This document shows, one piece after another, positions 1 to 9,571 of a DNA stretch of 39,553 nt (position 1 is the stretch's first letter; each line of letters begins with the position of its first letter). The position numbers and the translations under genes were made by a program. This DNA is from a virus (Duplodnaviria > Caudoviricetes). The stretch is from the IMG/VR virus record IMGVR_UViG_3300048578_000200, positions 1-39,553 of that record; one strand, given 5' to 3'. Under the pieces are notes generated by a model. That model searched no databases. It had not been told where the DNA came from and saw only the letters and a program-made list of their open reading frames with translations.

Positions 1-823
1 GGTTGATCTGACCCTCGAAGAGGAAGCGGCGTACCTCCGTCTCTGCCATCAGATGTATCGCCGGCACGGTCCGATCCCGAACTCCGAACGCCTGCTGTGC
101 TCGTTGTGGCGATGCCATCAGAACAAGGCCCGCCCGCTTCTCCGGCGCCTCATCGACGCAGGCAAGATTCATCTGACACCCGACGGACATCTCACCAACA
201 CGCGGGTGACACACGAGCTAGACGATCGGGAGACGGTGTCGATACAGCGTGCACACGCCGGGCATATGGGAGGGGTACATAGCGGAGACGTTCGCCGTAA
301 CTCATTGAATGAAAACGGCACAGCCGAAGCAATTGCTTCAACCGATCGAAGCAGAGAAGAGGAGAGTAGAGAAGAGGAGAGTAGAGAAGAGGAGAAGAGA
401 GAAGAGGAGAAGAGAGAAGAGCAGGAGTCTTTCTCGCTTCGCTCGGAAGCTCCCTCCGACCCGCCGGCGGCGGCCCCGTCCAAGCCGAAGGCAAAACGCG
501 CTACCCGGCTGCCGGCTGACTGGAAGCCATCCGAGGCCGATTACGCGGCCGCGGAGGCGGAAGGCTTCACCCGGCAATACGCAGATCGCATCGCCAGCAA
601 TTTCCGAGATTACTGGCTCGCCCGATCAGGAGCGGGCGCAGCCAAGCTCGATTGGCCGGCCACCTGGAGAATCTGGGTGCGCCGGGAAGCCGCACGGCAA
701 CCTCCCTACCACGGAGCAAATCATGACGGACCAAGACCGCAACGCCGTAGTGCCACTGAAGGCTTCGATGCCCTCAGGGACGCAATCGATCGCGGATTCG
801 ATCTTCCGCCTCGACCAGTGTGA
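1..823 (+). CDS. Phage replication initiator, DUF1376/YdaU-like (5'-truncated by window)
   Basis: Frame is open from the window start (VDLTLEEEAAYLRLCHQMY, DUF1376-like). C-terminal RLPADWKP...FRDYW...KLDWPATWRIWVRR is typical of phage replication proteins. Internal tandem repeats. Confidence 0.75.
   Translation, partial: VDLTLEEEAAYLRLCHQMYRRHGPIPNSERLLCSLWRCHQNKARPLLRRLIDAGKIHLTPDGHLTNTRVTHELDDRETVSIQRAHAGHMGGVHSGDVRRNSLNENGTAEAIASTDRSREEESREEESREEEKREEEKREEQESFSLRSEAPSDPPAAAPSKPKAKRATRLPADWKPSEADYAAAEAEGFTRQYADRIASNFRDYWLARSGAGAAKLDWPATWRIWVRREAARQPPYHGANHDGPRPQRRSATEGFDALRDAIDRGFDLPPRPV
353..427 (+). repeat. Five 15-bp tandem repeats AGAGAAGAGGAGA(GT/AG) inside the initiator gene
   Basis: Units start at 353, 368, 383, 398 and 413 (last degenerate) and encode REEES/REEEK. 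A palindrome GAAGCAATTGCTTC lies at 326-339. Confidence 0.9.
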
Positions 824-1295
824 CATCGTCGACCAGAAGGCGGGTTTGCCAGCCGTGGCCGAGTGCGAATCGATCGTCGCCTATCTGTCGCAGGATCGGC
901 CGGCGGGTCTGGCCGCAGCGGAGAGAGCTGGCCGAGCAATCACTGGCCCGCATCCGCGCAACGACGTCGAAGATCCGGTGATGTACACGACCACGATCGC
1001 GGCGATCATGTCGGAATATCCGCAGGCGGTCCTGGATCGGATCGCCGATCCCCGCACCGGGATCATCCGCAGAATCAGGTTCTTGCCGCGGCCGGCGGAG
1101 ATCGCCGAGTTCTGTGACGAGGAAGTGAAGCGGCGCCGCAACCTGATCGCCAAGGCTCAGCACGTCATCAGGATGCACGAGCAGCGACGGGTCGCCGCCG
1201 ATAACGAAACACACCCAGCCATGACCGAGGAAGAGAAGGCCGCTCGCCGCGAGCAGGTTTCCCGTCTCCTCGGCCGCTTCGCCAAATCCCACTGA
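723..1295 (+). CDS. Putative helicase loader / replication accessory protein
   Basis: ATG 6 nt after the 14-mer at 703-716; overlaps the end of the initiator; FLPRPAEIAEFC resembles loader-type motifs. Confidence 0.5.
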   Translation: MTDQDRNAVVPLKASMPSGTQSIADSIFRLDQCDIVDQKAGLPAVAECESIVAYLSQDRPAGLAAAERAGRAITGPHPRNDVEDPVMYTTTIAAIMSEYPQAVLDRIADPRTGIIRRIRFLPRPAEIAEFCDEEVKRRRNLIAKAQHVIRMHEQRRVAADNETHPAMTEEEKAARREQVSRLLGRFAKSH

Positions 1296-1311
1296 AAAAG
1301 GGCTCCCTACC

Positions 1312-1800
1312 ATGGCATCAATGAACAAGGTCATGCTGATCGGCAATCTCGGCCAAGACCCCGAAATCAAGGCCCTCAACGACGGCACCAAGGTCGCCAA
1401 TCTTTCGATCGCGACTTCCGAGCGGTGGCGCGACAAGCAGACCGGCGATCAGAGGGAAAAGACCGAGTGGCACCGGATCAACATCTGGGGCGACGGTCTT
1501 GTCGGCGTCATCGAGAAGTATCTCGCCAAGGGCGATCAGGTGATGGTCGTCGGCAAGCTCCAGACCCGCTCCTGGGAGGATCAGGACGGCAAGAAGCACT
1601 ACGCCACCGAGGTCATCGTTTCCGGCTTCAAAGCCGAGCTGCAAATCCTGCGCTGCAAGGCCTGGGATCGCCACGGACGCGAGGACCACGGTGGGGGTGA
1701 TGGAGGAGACTATGGCGACGGGAACGCCACCGGTGGCCGCGGCCGCGAGCCTGGTGCGACCGGAAAGCGCGAGGAGTTCGACGACGACATTCCGTTCTGA
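1312..1800 (+). CDS. ssb: Single-stranded DNA-binding protein
   Basis: MNKVMLIGNLGQDPE...TEWHRI...GKLQTRSW; Gly-rich linker; C-terminal DDDIPF. Confidence 0.97.
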   Translation: MASMNKVMLIGNLGQDPEIKALNDGTKVANLSIATSERWRDKQTGDQREKTEWHRINIWGDGLVGVIEKYLAKGDQVMVVGKLQTRSWEDQDGKKHYATEVIVSGFKAELQILRCKAWDRHGREDHGGGDGGDYGDGNATGGRGREPGATGKREEFDDDIPF

Positions 1801-1829
1801 ATCACCACAACACAAGAAGGGGAAACCCC

Positions 1830-2147
1830 ATGTCTATCGAACCCACCATCGACACGAGCGACGAGCTCATTGACTTCGTCGGCCGGGCTCAGCCCGGCGA
1901 CGTGTGCGTCTATCACCGCGGGCATCTCGCCTACGATGCCAGCCTTGAAGGCGCGCAGCACGACGGTGACCATCGGTCGTGCCTCACCAAGCTGTCGGGG
2001 ATTGCTTATGCGCTCTACCGCAACGGCAGGGTCTTGCTGGTGCAGCGCCGGGACGGCGAAGAATTTGCTTACTTGGCTGTCCGCAGCTCTCGTTCCGTCG
2101 CGCTCGCCGGCGCGCCGATGATTCATCAAGTTCGGGAGGCTGCATGA
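1830..2147 (+). CDS. Hypothetical phage protein
   Basis: RBS GAAGGGG; its stop overlaps the next start (ATGA). Confidence 0.65.
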   Translation: MSIEPTIDTSDELIDFVGRAQPGDVCVYHRGHLAYDASLEGAQHDGDHRSCLTKLSGIAYALYRNGRVLLVQRRDGEEFAYLAVRSSRSVALAGAPMIHQVREAA

Positions 2148-2776
2148 TGCAGGTCGATCATCGCGAGGTGATGCGAGATGCCTTGTTGGATGCAGCTTCC
2201 ACGATCGTCGCACGCGAACAAGAACCAAAGCCTCCGGCGCTGGTGATGGCTGTTCTGACGGAGGCCATGGAGACATTGCGCCGGATGCCAGATCGGGAGG
2301 CTGCTTGGCTCTTTGGCCAGCGCTCGTTGTGGCCTGACATCGTGCACGACTATCAGGAGCGGCTTGAGGCCTATCAGGAGGATCTCAAGCGGTGGATGTC
2401 CGGCGAGGATTTGGCCGGAGAATTGCGGCGGCGGATGCCAGCCGGCCAAGCTCAGATCAAGCGGATGTATGTAGTGTTCGACGATTTTCCGCTGTTGATG
2501 GTTGGGCGGGAGAAGCGTCGGGACTACCGCATCCTATGTGGGCTCGCGAGTGGAAAGGGGTTCCGACGTGTTGCGTTGGAAGCAAGGTGCAGCAAGAGCG
2601 CCATCGAAAACTTCCGCGATCTGCAACTGACTGCGATCGCCAATAAGCTCCGCTATGTGATGCCGACAGAGTCTGATCTCGATCAGATGAAAAATCGACT
2701 TGAACTTAAGCGTCGAGCCGTCGAGGACGGTTACAAAGAAAAGTCTGGCAATATAGACGTTTTGGACGTAGCCTAA
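2144..2776 (+). CDS. DUF6362-like putative transcriptional regulator
   Basis: GGAGG RBS; EAMETLRRMPD...SLWPDIV motif; HTH-like C-terminal segment; sits at the end of the replication operon. Confidence 0.5.
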   Translation: MMQVDHREVMRDALLDAASTIVAREQEPKPPALVMAVLTEAMETLRRMPDREAAWLFGQRSLWPDIVHDYQERLEAYQEDLKRWMSGEDLAGELRRRMPAGQAQIKRMYVVFDDFPLLMVGREKRRDYRILCGLASGKGFRRVALEARCSKSAIENFRDLQLTAIANKLRYVMPTESDLDQMKNRLELKRRAVEDGYKEKSGNIDVLDVA

Positions 2777-2797
2777 AGCTAAGTTTGGACGAATCTG

Positions 2798-2828
2798 GAC
2801 GGGCCCCACGCGGGCCCGTTTCTATTTC
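2798..2828 (+). terminator. Probable intrinsic terminator
   Basis: GACGGGCCC-loop-GGGCCCGTT followed by TCTATTT. Confidence 0.5.
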
Positions 2829-3191
2829 AGGAAACACCATGTCATCGGAATGCGTCCGGCCGCCGCCGTTCGGCGGGCGGCTCGCTCGACCTATGGTTGA
2901 TCCCAATGAAACCATGAGCGCGCGAAGAATCCTTGCCTGCCGGTGTGCACGGAAGCGTCCGACCAAAGTCCAGTCGCTGAGTTTTTCCCGCAAACATCTG
3001 ATTGAGCACGTATATTGCGCAGCCTGCGGTGATAGGTGGTGGCGGCTCTGGCAATAATGGCTTGCGATTCAACCCGATTGCAGGCATCTTTCGTCCAACC
3101 TGGGACGCTCCACCGCAAGGTGCCTTGGCCATTTTCTGTGGTAGGGAGATCGAGCAGGGGCGGCGCTGGCAACGGTGCCGCCCCATTCGTT

Positions 3192-4022
3192 TCAGACGGA
3201 CGCTATCGTCATGGCTTCGAGCCTGGCGATTCTCTTTTCCAACGGCGGATGGGTGTCGAACAGTTCGGCGATCCGGCCGTGGAAGGGTTGCACGATCCAG
3301 AGCGTCGCGAGGGTGAGTTGGCTGGGCGCGACGGCGTCGTGGGCCGGGACACCGGCGGCAAGGCGCCGCAGGGCCTCCGCAAGCCACTCCGGATGCCGGC
3401 ATAGCTCGGCGCCGCGGCGGTCGGCGGCGTATTCGCGGCCTCGGCCTACGGCGAGGTGCAGCAGGATGGCCCCCAGGCCGGCGACGAGGCCGAACAGGAT
3501 GAGCGTGAACCCGCCTTCCTTCCGGTTGAGGAACCCGATCAGGGTCAGAAAGCCGCCCAGTATGGCGATGGCGCCGGCGATGGTCGCCGCCACTGTCATC
3601 GTCATGGTGTCGCGGGCTCGGATGTGAGCGATCTCGTGCGCGGCGATCGCGGTGACCTGATTCCAGGTCAATTCCGAGATGGCGCCGCGCGTGAACACCA
3701 GGATGGCGTGACCAGGGCCGCGGCCGGCCGCAAAGGCGTTCCGGTGCCGGCTCTCGACGACATAGATCGGCGGCGCCGGGATGCCGGCGATCGTCGACAG
3801 ATCGGCGACTGCCTTTTCGAGTCGGTCGTGGCCGGGCTCGAGCGGTCGCGCGTCGAAGGTGCCGATCGCGATCTCCGCGCCGCGCCACCATGTGTTGGCG
3901 TTGAAGAGGACGGCGAGGATGAGGGCAGCCACCCCACCGGTGGTGTCGCCGAATAGGAAGCCCAGGCCGACCAGGGCGGCGGTGAGGAGCGACAACAGGA
4001 ATGTGGTTTTGAGGAAATTCAT
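3192..4022 (-). CDS. htpX: HtpX-like M48 family membrane zinc metalloprotease
   Basis: N-terminal hydrophobic segments, NAFAAGRGP, HEIAH (HExxH), REYAADR, THPPLEKRIARL. Confidence 0.9.
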   Translation of the reverse strand: MNFLKTTFLLSLLTAALVGLGFLFGDTTGGVAALILAVLFNANTWWRGAEIAIGTFDARPLEPGHDRLEKAVADLSTIAGIPAPPIYVVESRHRNAFAAGRGPGHAILVFTRGAISELTWNQVTAIAAHEIAHIRARDTMTMTVAATIAGAIAILGGFLTLIGFLNRKEGGFTLILFGLVAGLGAILLHLAVGRGREYAADRRGAELCRHPEWLAEALRRLAAGVPAHDAVAPSQLTLATLWIVQPFHGRIAELFDTHPPLEKRIARLEAMTIASV

Positions 4023-4207
4023 GATCGGTCTCCTGCCGGCTCAGCGTTGACTCGGAAGCACCCACAAGCAAAACGGTGCAACTCGTTCAAGGTGCCCGGT
4101 TCGAGATAGACGACATGGTCGCCGTCTTCGTGCGGTGCGCGCAGGCAAATCTGATAGCCGTCGAACGACGCGTAGAGGCCGTCTCCGAGATAGGTTCCGT
4201 TCGGCAT
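4019..4207 (-). CDS. Small hypothetical phage protein
   Basis: GGAGG RBS; YLGDGLYASFDGYQICL; stop overlaps the htpX start. Confidence 0.65.
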   Translation of the reverse strand: MPNGTYLGDGLYASFDGYQICLRAPHEDGDHVVYLEPGTLNELHRFACGCFRVNAEPAGDRS

Positions 4208-4209
4208 GA

Positions 4210-4686
4210 TCAACCTCCGGTGTTGATGCGCTCGCACAAGGAATCGATTTCGTCTGGGGTCAGCGCTTCGACCGTGCCGGCGACGTTCGCGATTGAATCC
4301 TCGCCATCGTATTTGGCATCGCTCTGGTACCCGATCCGCTGCCAGTAGCGCAGCGCGGCCAGGATGGTGGCGAGCTCACACTCGTCGGCGGCCAGGACGA
4401 TCGGCTTGTTTTCCCGGTAGGCGGCGATGGCATTGGGCAGATAGACGCTATCGACCGTCGAATAGACGGTCTCTTCTTCGGTTGTCGCGTCGGTGACGCA
4501 CTCGACTTCCTCGGTTCCGACGATCGGTGCCGCGCCGTCGTCGGCGATCTGGAAGTCGACATCGTCATCGTCGTTCAAGATCATGTCTTCGGCGGTCTCC
4601 GTAGCCTCTTCCGCCGTCTCGGCTTCGACGTCGAAATAGGCGACCAGATCGGTCAGCGCGGTGGCGCGGACGCGGAATGTCTTCAT
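4210..4686 (-). CDS. Acidic hypothetical protein
   Basis: AGGAG RBS before ATG 4686; packed in the operon. Confidence 0.65.
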   Translation of the reverse strand: MKTFRVRATALTDLVAYFDVEAETAEEATETAEDMILNDDDDVDFQIADDGAAPIVGTEEVECVTDATTEEETVYSTVDSVYLPNAIAAYRENKPIVLAADECELATILAALRYWQRIGYQSDAKYDGEDSIANVAGTVEALTPDEIDSLCERINTGG

Positions 4687-4928
4687 GGTGTGGCTCCTTG
4701 GGAAGCGGAGGCGGCGATCGCACGGGTGCGCTCGATCTTGCGTGCGTATTCCCTGCGGCGGTTGACGTGGCGCAGCGCGCCGGCGGCTGACGTGATCGCC
4801 AACCTGACGCGCTTGGCGGATTGCTTGGCATTGGCGCGCTTGAGCAAATCGCGGGCGCGACGGAGACAGTCGAGCGCCTTTCTGACGTCCTCGACGTCGC
4901 TGATGAGAGCTGGTTTTAGGCTGCGCAT
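4683..4928 (-). CDS. Small basic hypothetical protein
   Basis: Downstream of the motif variant at 4945-4958; overlaps the next start. Confidence 0.55.
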   Translation of the reverse strand: MRSLKPALISDVEDVRKALDCLRRARDLLKRANAKQSAKRVRLAITSAAGALRHVNRRREYARKIERTRAIAASASQGATP

Positions 4929-4992
4929 GGCGCATCTCGCTTGCTGCTGTGGTAGGGAGGATGGGCGCCGGCGGACCGGCGCCCGGTGAGTG

Positions 4993-5415
4993 TCAGGCGG
5001 CTTCGGCCACCATCGGCAGTGGATCGTTCGGCTCGGGCGGCGGTTCGATCACCGGCGGTTCCCCGGCCAGATCGCTGGCGTCATGGTCGGTCGCGGCGTT
5101 CGGCACTTCGACACGCGACAGTTCGCAGCACGGCCAAACGACATCGGCATGGTCGGTCTGCACCCAGGCCTTTTCCTCGATGCGGGCGACGACGGTGCCG
5201 ACGGTGGCGCTGAAGTGGCGGACGGTATCGCCGGGCTGGAAATTCACATAGGCGATGCTCTCGAAATCTTCGAGCCGGACCATGAGCGGCTGGTAGTGGC
5301 CCTTCAGGTCGACCCAGACGAACTTATCTTCGGCCGGATCGAAGTCGTCGCGCACGGTCGCGCGCATGTTCAGGACATCGCCCTTCGCGGGCACGTAGTT
5401 GACGGGGAGAGGCAT
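4993..5415 (-). CDS. Hypothetical protein
   Basis: Motif variant at 5426-5439 plus AAGGA RBS. Confidence 0.7.
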   Translation of the reverse strand: MPLPVNYVPAKGDVLNMRATVRDDFDPAEDKFVWVDLKGHYQPLMVRLEDFESIAYVNFQPGDTVRHFSATVGTVVARIEEKAWVQTDHADVVWPCCELSRVEVPNAATDHDASDLAGEPPVIEPPPEPNDPLPMVAEAA

Positions 5416-5448
5416 GGTTGATTCCTTCCGTGGTAGGGATGGGCAGGC

Positions 5449-7470
5449 TTAGAAATCCAAGGTCACCAGCACGGTGTTCACGCCAGTGCCGGATTCCTTG
5501 AATGTGTCGGGCGGCAGCTCTTCAATGACCCCGCCGTGATTTTCGACGAACCGCCGGAAATCGCAGGTTTCACGATCGCTGCGGAACGTCACGCCGGCGG
5601 ACATGACCGCCACCAGCCGGCCGCCCGGCTTAACGAACTTGGTGGCGTGCATGACGTGGCGGACGTCGTCGCCCTTGGCGAAAGGGGGATTCATCAGCAC
5701 CTTGTCGAAGAGTCCCAAGGTCGGCTGAAGCTCCAGGAAGTCAGCGCACATGACTGTGCCGGCAGATGGTTTTAGTCCGCCCGCCAGGGTCGGGTTGATC
5801 TCCACGGCGACGGTTTCGGCCGGTGGTGGCTCGCTGTGGTTGTGGCAGGCTCCGATCGCGGCGAGGATAGCGCCTGTCCCGGCTTCCGGCTCGAGCACGC
5901 GGTCGCCGGGCCGGATGTCGGCGATCTCGACCATGCGTTTGGCGAGTTCGGCCGGTGTCGGGAAGAGTTGGGGCACAGCCACCACCTTGACCCCGTTCTT
6001 GAGCGCGTCCCGCATGTCGTCGAAGGTGGTCCGCTGCGGCGCGGTGCGCACAGGGCGCGGCGTTTCCGGCGAGGGCGGGGGTGGCGGCAGATCGCAATCA
6101 GGCTTCTCCGGCTCCGGCTTCGGCGGGGCCACCCGCTTCATGTCGGTGATGAACACTCGCTGCTTCTGCCAGCAGTTGCCGGGGGCGGGCATCTGGCGGG
6201 CGCGGTGCTTGCCGACGGTCTCGGTCGCCGCGATCACCGCAACATAGGGGAAATCCGACCACTTGTTCCGACCGTTCCATTCGGCCTCGGTCATCTCGCG
6301 GAAGCCCTCGCCCGGGTAGTTGCAGAGCGGCGGCAGTGCGGTTGCTTTCTTGACCTTGGCGGCCTGCTCGGCCGTCGGCGGCCGATAGTCCTGGATCTGC
6401 TCGACACCGTATTTCCAGGTGCTCTGCCAGTGAACGATTTTCGGAGCGGTGGTGGTGACGCTGTTGACCGCGCCGTTCGACTTGTTGACCCGGAGGATGA
6501 CCAGCCAGCCGTCGCGGCCAACGAGCACCTGGCCGCCCGGCTTGAGATCGAAGCGGGACGCCATGGCGTTGTCGCCCGTCGTTCCGAGCTGTTCGTTGAG
6601 CATCGCGCGTTCATAGGCCAGCCGGTTGTCATAGTGAGCAATCCAGCGGGCTTTGTAGGCGATCGTGCGCGGGAAGACGGTCTTGGCGTACTCGACGATC
6701 TCGGCGATCGTCCGTGAGGCGTACAGGGTCGGATAGTCGCCTTGCACCGCGTCAAGAGCGGTCGGCCCATGGTCCCAGTCGACGTGGTCGCCTTCCTTCT
6801 TGGGCAGTGTCAGGTAGCACATGCCCGCGATCCGCAGCGCGACCTGCTTCTGCAATTCAAGGTCCGTCTCGTTGCCGCACTCGGTCCAATAGTGAAGCCA
6901 CATCTCGGACTCCTGCTTCACCTTGTCGGCCTTGCGGCGGTCGGATTCGAGCGTCTTGATCCGCCGGTGGCGGACGGCGGGGAGCTCCTTGTATTTGGCG
7001 GCGCTGATCGCGCCGGCGGCGCGGCCGGTCCAATAGCCGGCCTGCTCCCACATCTTCACGGCCTTGCGCATGCCGTTCTCGATGCGCTCGGCGTCCTTGC
7101 GGGCGCGTTTCTCGGAGTGGTGTCCGACCAGGATGGGCTGTCCCATGGGGATATTGTCGGCGATCGCGTCGACCGCGTTGCGAGCGCTTTCGGCGTCGGC
7201 CTTGCGGTGTTCGCTGTAGCTCTCGAACCGTTCGGCGCGTTCCTCGGCACGCTCGACGAGGCTCTTGTCTTCATCCTCGATCTCGCCAGCGAGTTCAGTC
7301 AGAAGATCAGCGCGGCCCGGCGCCCAGACGGCATAGAAGAGTTGCTGTTTCGGTGCCCAGGAAAACCCAGCCGCCTTCACGCGGGCATAGGTCTCGGCAT
7401 CGAGGCGGGAGAAAGCGTAAAGCCGGAGCTTGTCGTCGTCGGGTGAGTAGGTGGCGGTGTAGCTGGCCAT
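5449..7470 (-). CDS. DUF3560 domain fused to an amino-methyltransferase (probable N6-adenine DNA MTase)
   Basis: IPMGQPILVGHHSEKRARKD (DUF3560 signature); QLFPTP; VLEPEAGTGAI (motif I); VLMNPPF (motif IV); FKESGTGVNT. Confidence 0.85.
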   Translation of the reverse strand: MASYTATYSPDDDKLRLYAFSRLDAETYARVKAAGFSWAPKQQLFYAVWAPGRADLLTELAGEIEDEDKSLVERAEERAERFESYSEHRKADAESARNAVDAIADNIPMGQPILVGHHSEKRARKDAERIENGMRKAVKMWEQAGYWTGRAAGAISAAKYKELPAVRHRRIKTLESDRRKADKVKQESEMWLHYWTECGNETDLELQKQVALRIAGMCYLTLPKKEGDHVDWDHGPTALDAVQGDYPTLYASRTIAEIVEYAKTVFPRTIAYKARWIAHYDNRLAYERAMLNEQLGTTGDNAMASRFDLKPGGQVLVGRDGWLVILRVNKSNGAVNSVTTTAPKIVHWQSTWKYGVEQIQDYRPPTAEQAAKVKKATALPPLCNYPGEGFREMTEAEWNGRNKWSDFPYVAVIAATETVGKHRARQMPAPGNCWQKQRVFITDMKRVAPPKPEPEKPDCDLPPPPPSPETPRPVRTAPQRTTFDDMRDALKNGVKVVAVPQLFPTPAELAKRMVEIADIRPGDRVLEPEAGTGAILAAIGACHNHSEPPPAETVAVEINPTLAGGLKPSAGTVMCADFLELQPTLGLFDKVLMNPPFAKGDDVRHVMHATKFVKPGGRLVAVMSAGVTFRSDRETCDFRRFVENHGGVIEELPPDTFKESGTGVNTVLVTLDF

Positions 7471-7472
7471 GG

Positions 7473-7844
7473 TCATGCCTCCACCGCGAGGGATCGGCAT
7501 CCGACCACGCCGAGCTGGGATTCAAGGAAGTTGAGCACCTCAATGGCGACTGGCTCGCTGCTTCCATAGCAATCGTCAGCGATATCGGTGGCGATGTCCT
7601 CGGTGACGTCGCGCGACCAGCACTCGTGAGCGTTGAAAGCGACGATGCGGTCGATGCCCTCGACCTCGCGGCTCTTGATTGCTGCGATCAGAGCGTCCTT
7701 GGTTTCGTAGACGTCCTGTCCGGCGAGGTTCCGGCCTTGGAGCCGATAGCTCCAGTAAGCGACGTAGTGGGTGACGTCGGGCGTGTTCGGATTGAGTAGA
7801 ATAGGGGTGGTGGTGGCCAGTGTGCCACGATGAAGCACTGTCAT
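7473..7844 (-). CDS. Hypothetical protein
   Basis: ATG 7 nt after the exact 14-mer at 7852-7865. Confidence 0.7.
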   Translation of the reverse strand: MTVLHRGTLATTTPILLNPNTPDVTHYVAYWSYRLQGRNLAGQDVYETKDALIAAIKSREVEGIDRIVAFNAHECWSRDVTEDIATDIADDCYGSSEPVAIEVLNFLESQLGVVGCRSLAVEA

Positions 7845-7880
7845 CGATCGTCTCCGTGGTAGGGAGAATTGCCTTCAATG

Positions 7881-7914
7881 TCAATAACTTAGTGTATAGC
7901 GCCGCGAAATGCAA
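7881..7914 (-). promoter_or_regulatory. Sigma70-like early promoter
   Basis: TTGCAT-17-TAAGTT(ATTGA) on the minus strand. Confidence 0.7.
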
Positions 7915-7918
7915 GAAG

Positions 7919-7952
7919 AAAGCGCCGCTTTACTAAATAAAGTCGGCGCTTT
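7919..7952 (-). terminator. Probable terminator after the DUF488 gene
   Basis: AAAGCGCCG...CGGCGCTTT inverted repeat followed by CTTCTT on the minus strand. Confidence 0.6.
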
Positions 7953-7960
7953 GCTTAGGC

Positions 7961-8611
7961 TTACTCTGCCGCAGTAAATCTCCTGTGCAGTACATTTCCG
8001 GAAATACTCATCTTCGCGTCACCGCTCCGGATCAGGGCTTGATCGATATTCTCGGGGTCCTGTCCGACGACGGTCCAGACGACGCCTTGCGGGTCGGCTG
8101 ACTCGGCACCGATGAAGGGTGCGACGTCGAGCGGCTCGAGGGGAGGCGGAGGAAGCCGGCGGAACACGCGCGGCAGTTTTGGATGTGCCCAGCCATGGCC
8201 CTCTTTCTCGAAGCCCAGTTCTGGCACGGCCAGTCCGAGCTGCTCTTCGAGCCATGCCGATACGAATCCGCGGTGGCAGAAATCGCCGGGTTTGACAGGG
8301 CTTTCGTAACAGACGAGCACCGGCACGCGGTCGCCGGCGAGCGCCATGATTTCCTCGACCACTTTTCCCGCGTCCAGCTCATTGAGTTGGGCGAGGTAGC
8401 GCGATCGATACTCTTCGACGGATACGCTGTTGAACCACGTCCCCGGCGCAAGCTTGCGGAAGATCCGATAGCCGGCCGGCTGGCCGCGTGGGACGCCGCG
8501 ACTGATGCCGATTTTGATGTGGGTGGAGGTGTAATGGCCGAACCACCAGCCGGTCAGGATGGTGGCATTGCAAGCCTCTGGGCGGTCTAGATCGAGTTCG
8601 CGTTGCATCAT
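7961..8611 (-). CDS. DUF488-like protein
   Basis: GISRGVP...KLAPG...VLVCYE...FCHR pattern of the DUF488 family. Confidence 0.7.
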   Translation of the reverse strand: MMQRELDLDRPEACNATILTGWWFGHYTSTHIKIGISRGVPRGQPAGYRIFRKLAPGTWFNSVSVEEYRSRYLAQLNELDAGKVVEEIMALAGDRVPVLVCYESPVKPGDFCHRGFVSAWLEEQLGLAVPELGFEKEGHGWAHPKLPRVFRRLPPPPLEPLDVAPFIGAESADPQGVVWTVVGQDPENIDQALIRSGDAKMSISGNVLHRRFTAAE

Positions 8612-8612
8612 G

Positions 8613-9539
8613 TCAGGCGACCTTGTCGAGTACGATTTCTGCTTGGGCGGCGGCGCTGCGAAGCTCGCTCTCCATGATCTGGATTGACCGGCGCAGCGCC
8701 AACAGTTGATCAGCCATGAGCCGAGCCCGATCTGGGCTCACTTTGGTGGCAACGACGCATTCACCGTTGCGCCAGCCGTGCGCCACCATGGCGACGACGC
8801 TTTCGATCTTCTTCTCCATTCGGGAGATGGTCCGGACGTCCTCTTCGGAGGCGCGTGGAGCGTTCTCGCCGAAGATGTCGGCCTGGGTCTTCTCGCCGAG
8901 GACCGTGTCCACGGCGGTGCGGATTGCTCTGAAGCCGACGAGTTGACCACGCGCGACCATTTGAACCAGCTTGGTTTGCTGGGCATGCTCTTTTACGCGG
9001 GAGATTTCGGAGGCCGCTTCCTGCGAGAGATGGCCGCCCTCGTAGAGCTTGAGAAGAGACGGCTCGAGATCGAGCAGCCGCAAACGCTCTTCGATGCGGA
9101 AGGCCTGGCGGCCGAGCCGCTCGGCCAGGCTCTCGATCGAAACGCCGTCGTCGATCAGCTCCTTGAATTTGCGAGCCTCGTCGAGCGGCCGCACATCGGC
9201 ACGCTGGTTGTTCTCGATGATTTGCGCAATGGCAATGTCGGTGGCGTTCTTGCCCTCGACCACCTGAGCGCGGATGTCTGTGGCGTTCAGGAGCTTATGG
9301 GCGCGCCAGCGGCGCTCTCCGGCGATGATGGTGAACCGGCAAGCCTTGCGGTTTCGCGGCAGATGCTCGCCGCTGGACGGGCGCACCGTGATGGGTTGGA
9401 TCAGGCCTTCCCGCTCGATAGAGGCCGCCAAGTCCTTCAACTCGGCTGCATCGAACGTCTTGCGCGGCTGGTTGGGGTCTGGGTCGATTAAATCCAGTTT
9501 GATCGAGCGCGTATAGGGCTCGCAGGTCTTTGCAGTCAT
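8613..9539 (-). CDS. ParB/Spo0J family protein
   Basis: PDPNQPRKTF, GLIQPITVRP, IIAGERRWRA, ENNQR, HTH segment; ATG 7 nt after the 14-mer. Confidence 0.92.
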   Translation of the reverse strand: MTAKTCEPYTRSIKLDLIDPDPNQPRKTFDAAELKDLAASIEREGLIQPITVRPSSGEHLPRNRKACRFTIIAGERRWRAHKLLNATDIRAQVVEGKNATDIAIAQIIENNQRADVRPLDEARKFKELIDDGVSIESLAERLGRQAFRIEERLRLLDLEPSLLKLYEGGHLSQEAASEISRVKEHAQQTKLVQMVARGQLVGFRAIRTAVDTVLGEKTQADIFGENAPRASEEDVRTISRMEKKIESVVAMVAHGWRNGECVVATKVSPDRARLMADQLLALRRSIQIMESELRSAAAQAEIVLDKVA

Positions 9540-9571
9540 CACTTGGCTCCGTGGTAGGGAGAACACGGAGA

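Noticed and set aside
2785-3132. Cys-containing + strand ORF 2785/2839-3057 and minus ORF 3132-2842 after the motif variant at 3134
   Set aside because: They overlap in opposite directions and neither has convincing support, so both are left unannotated.
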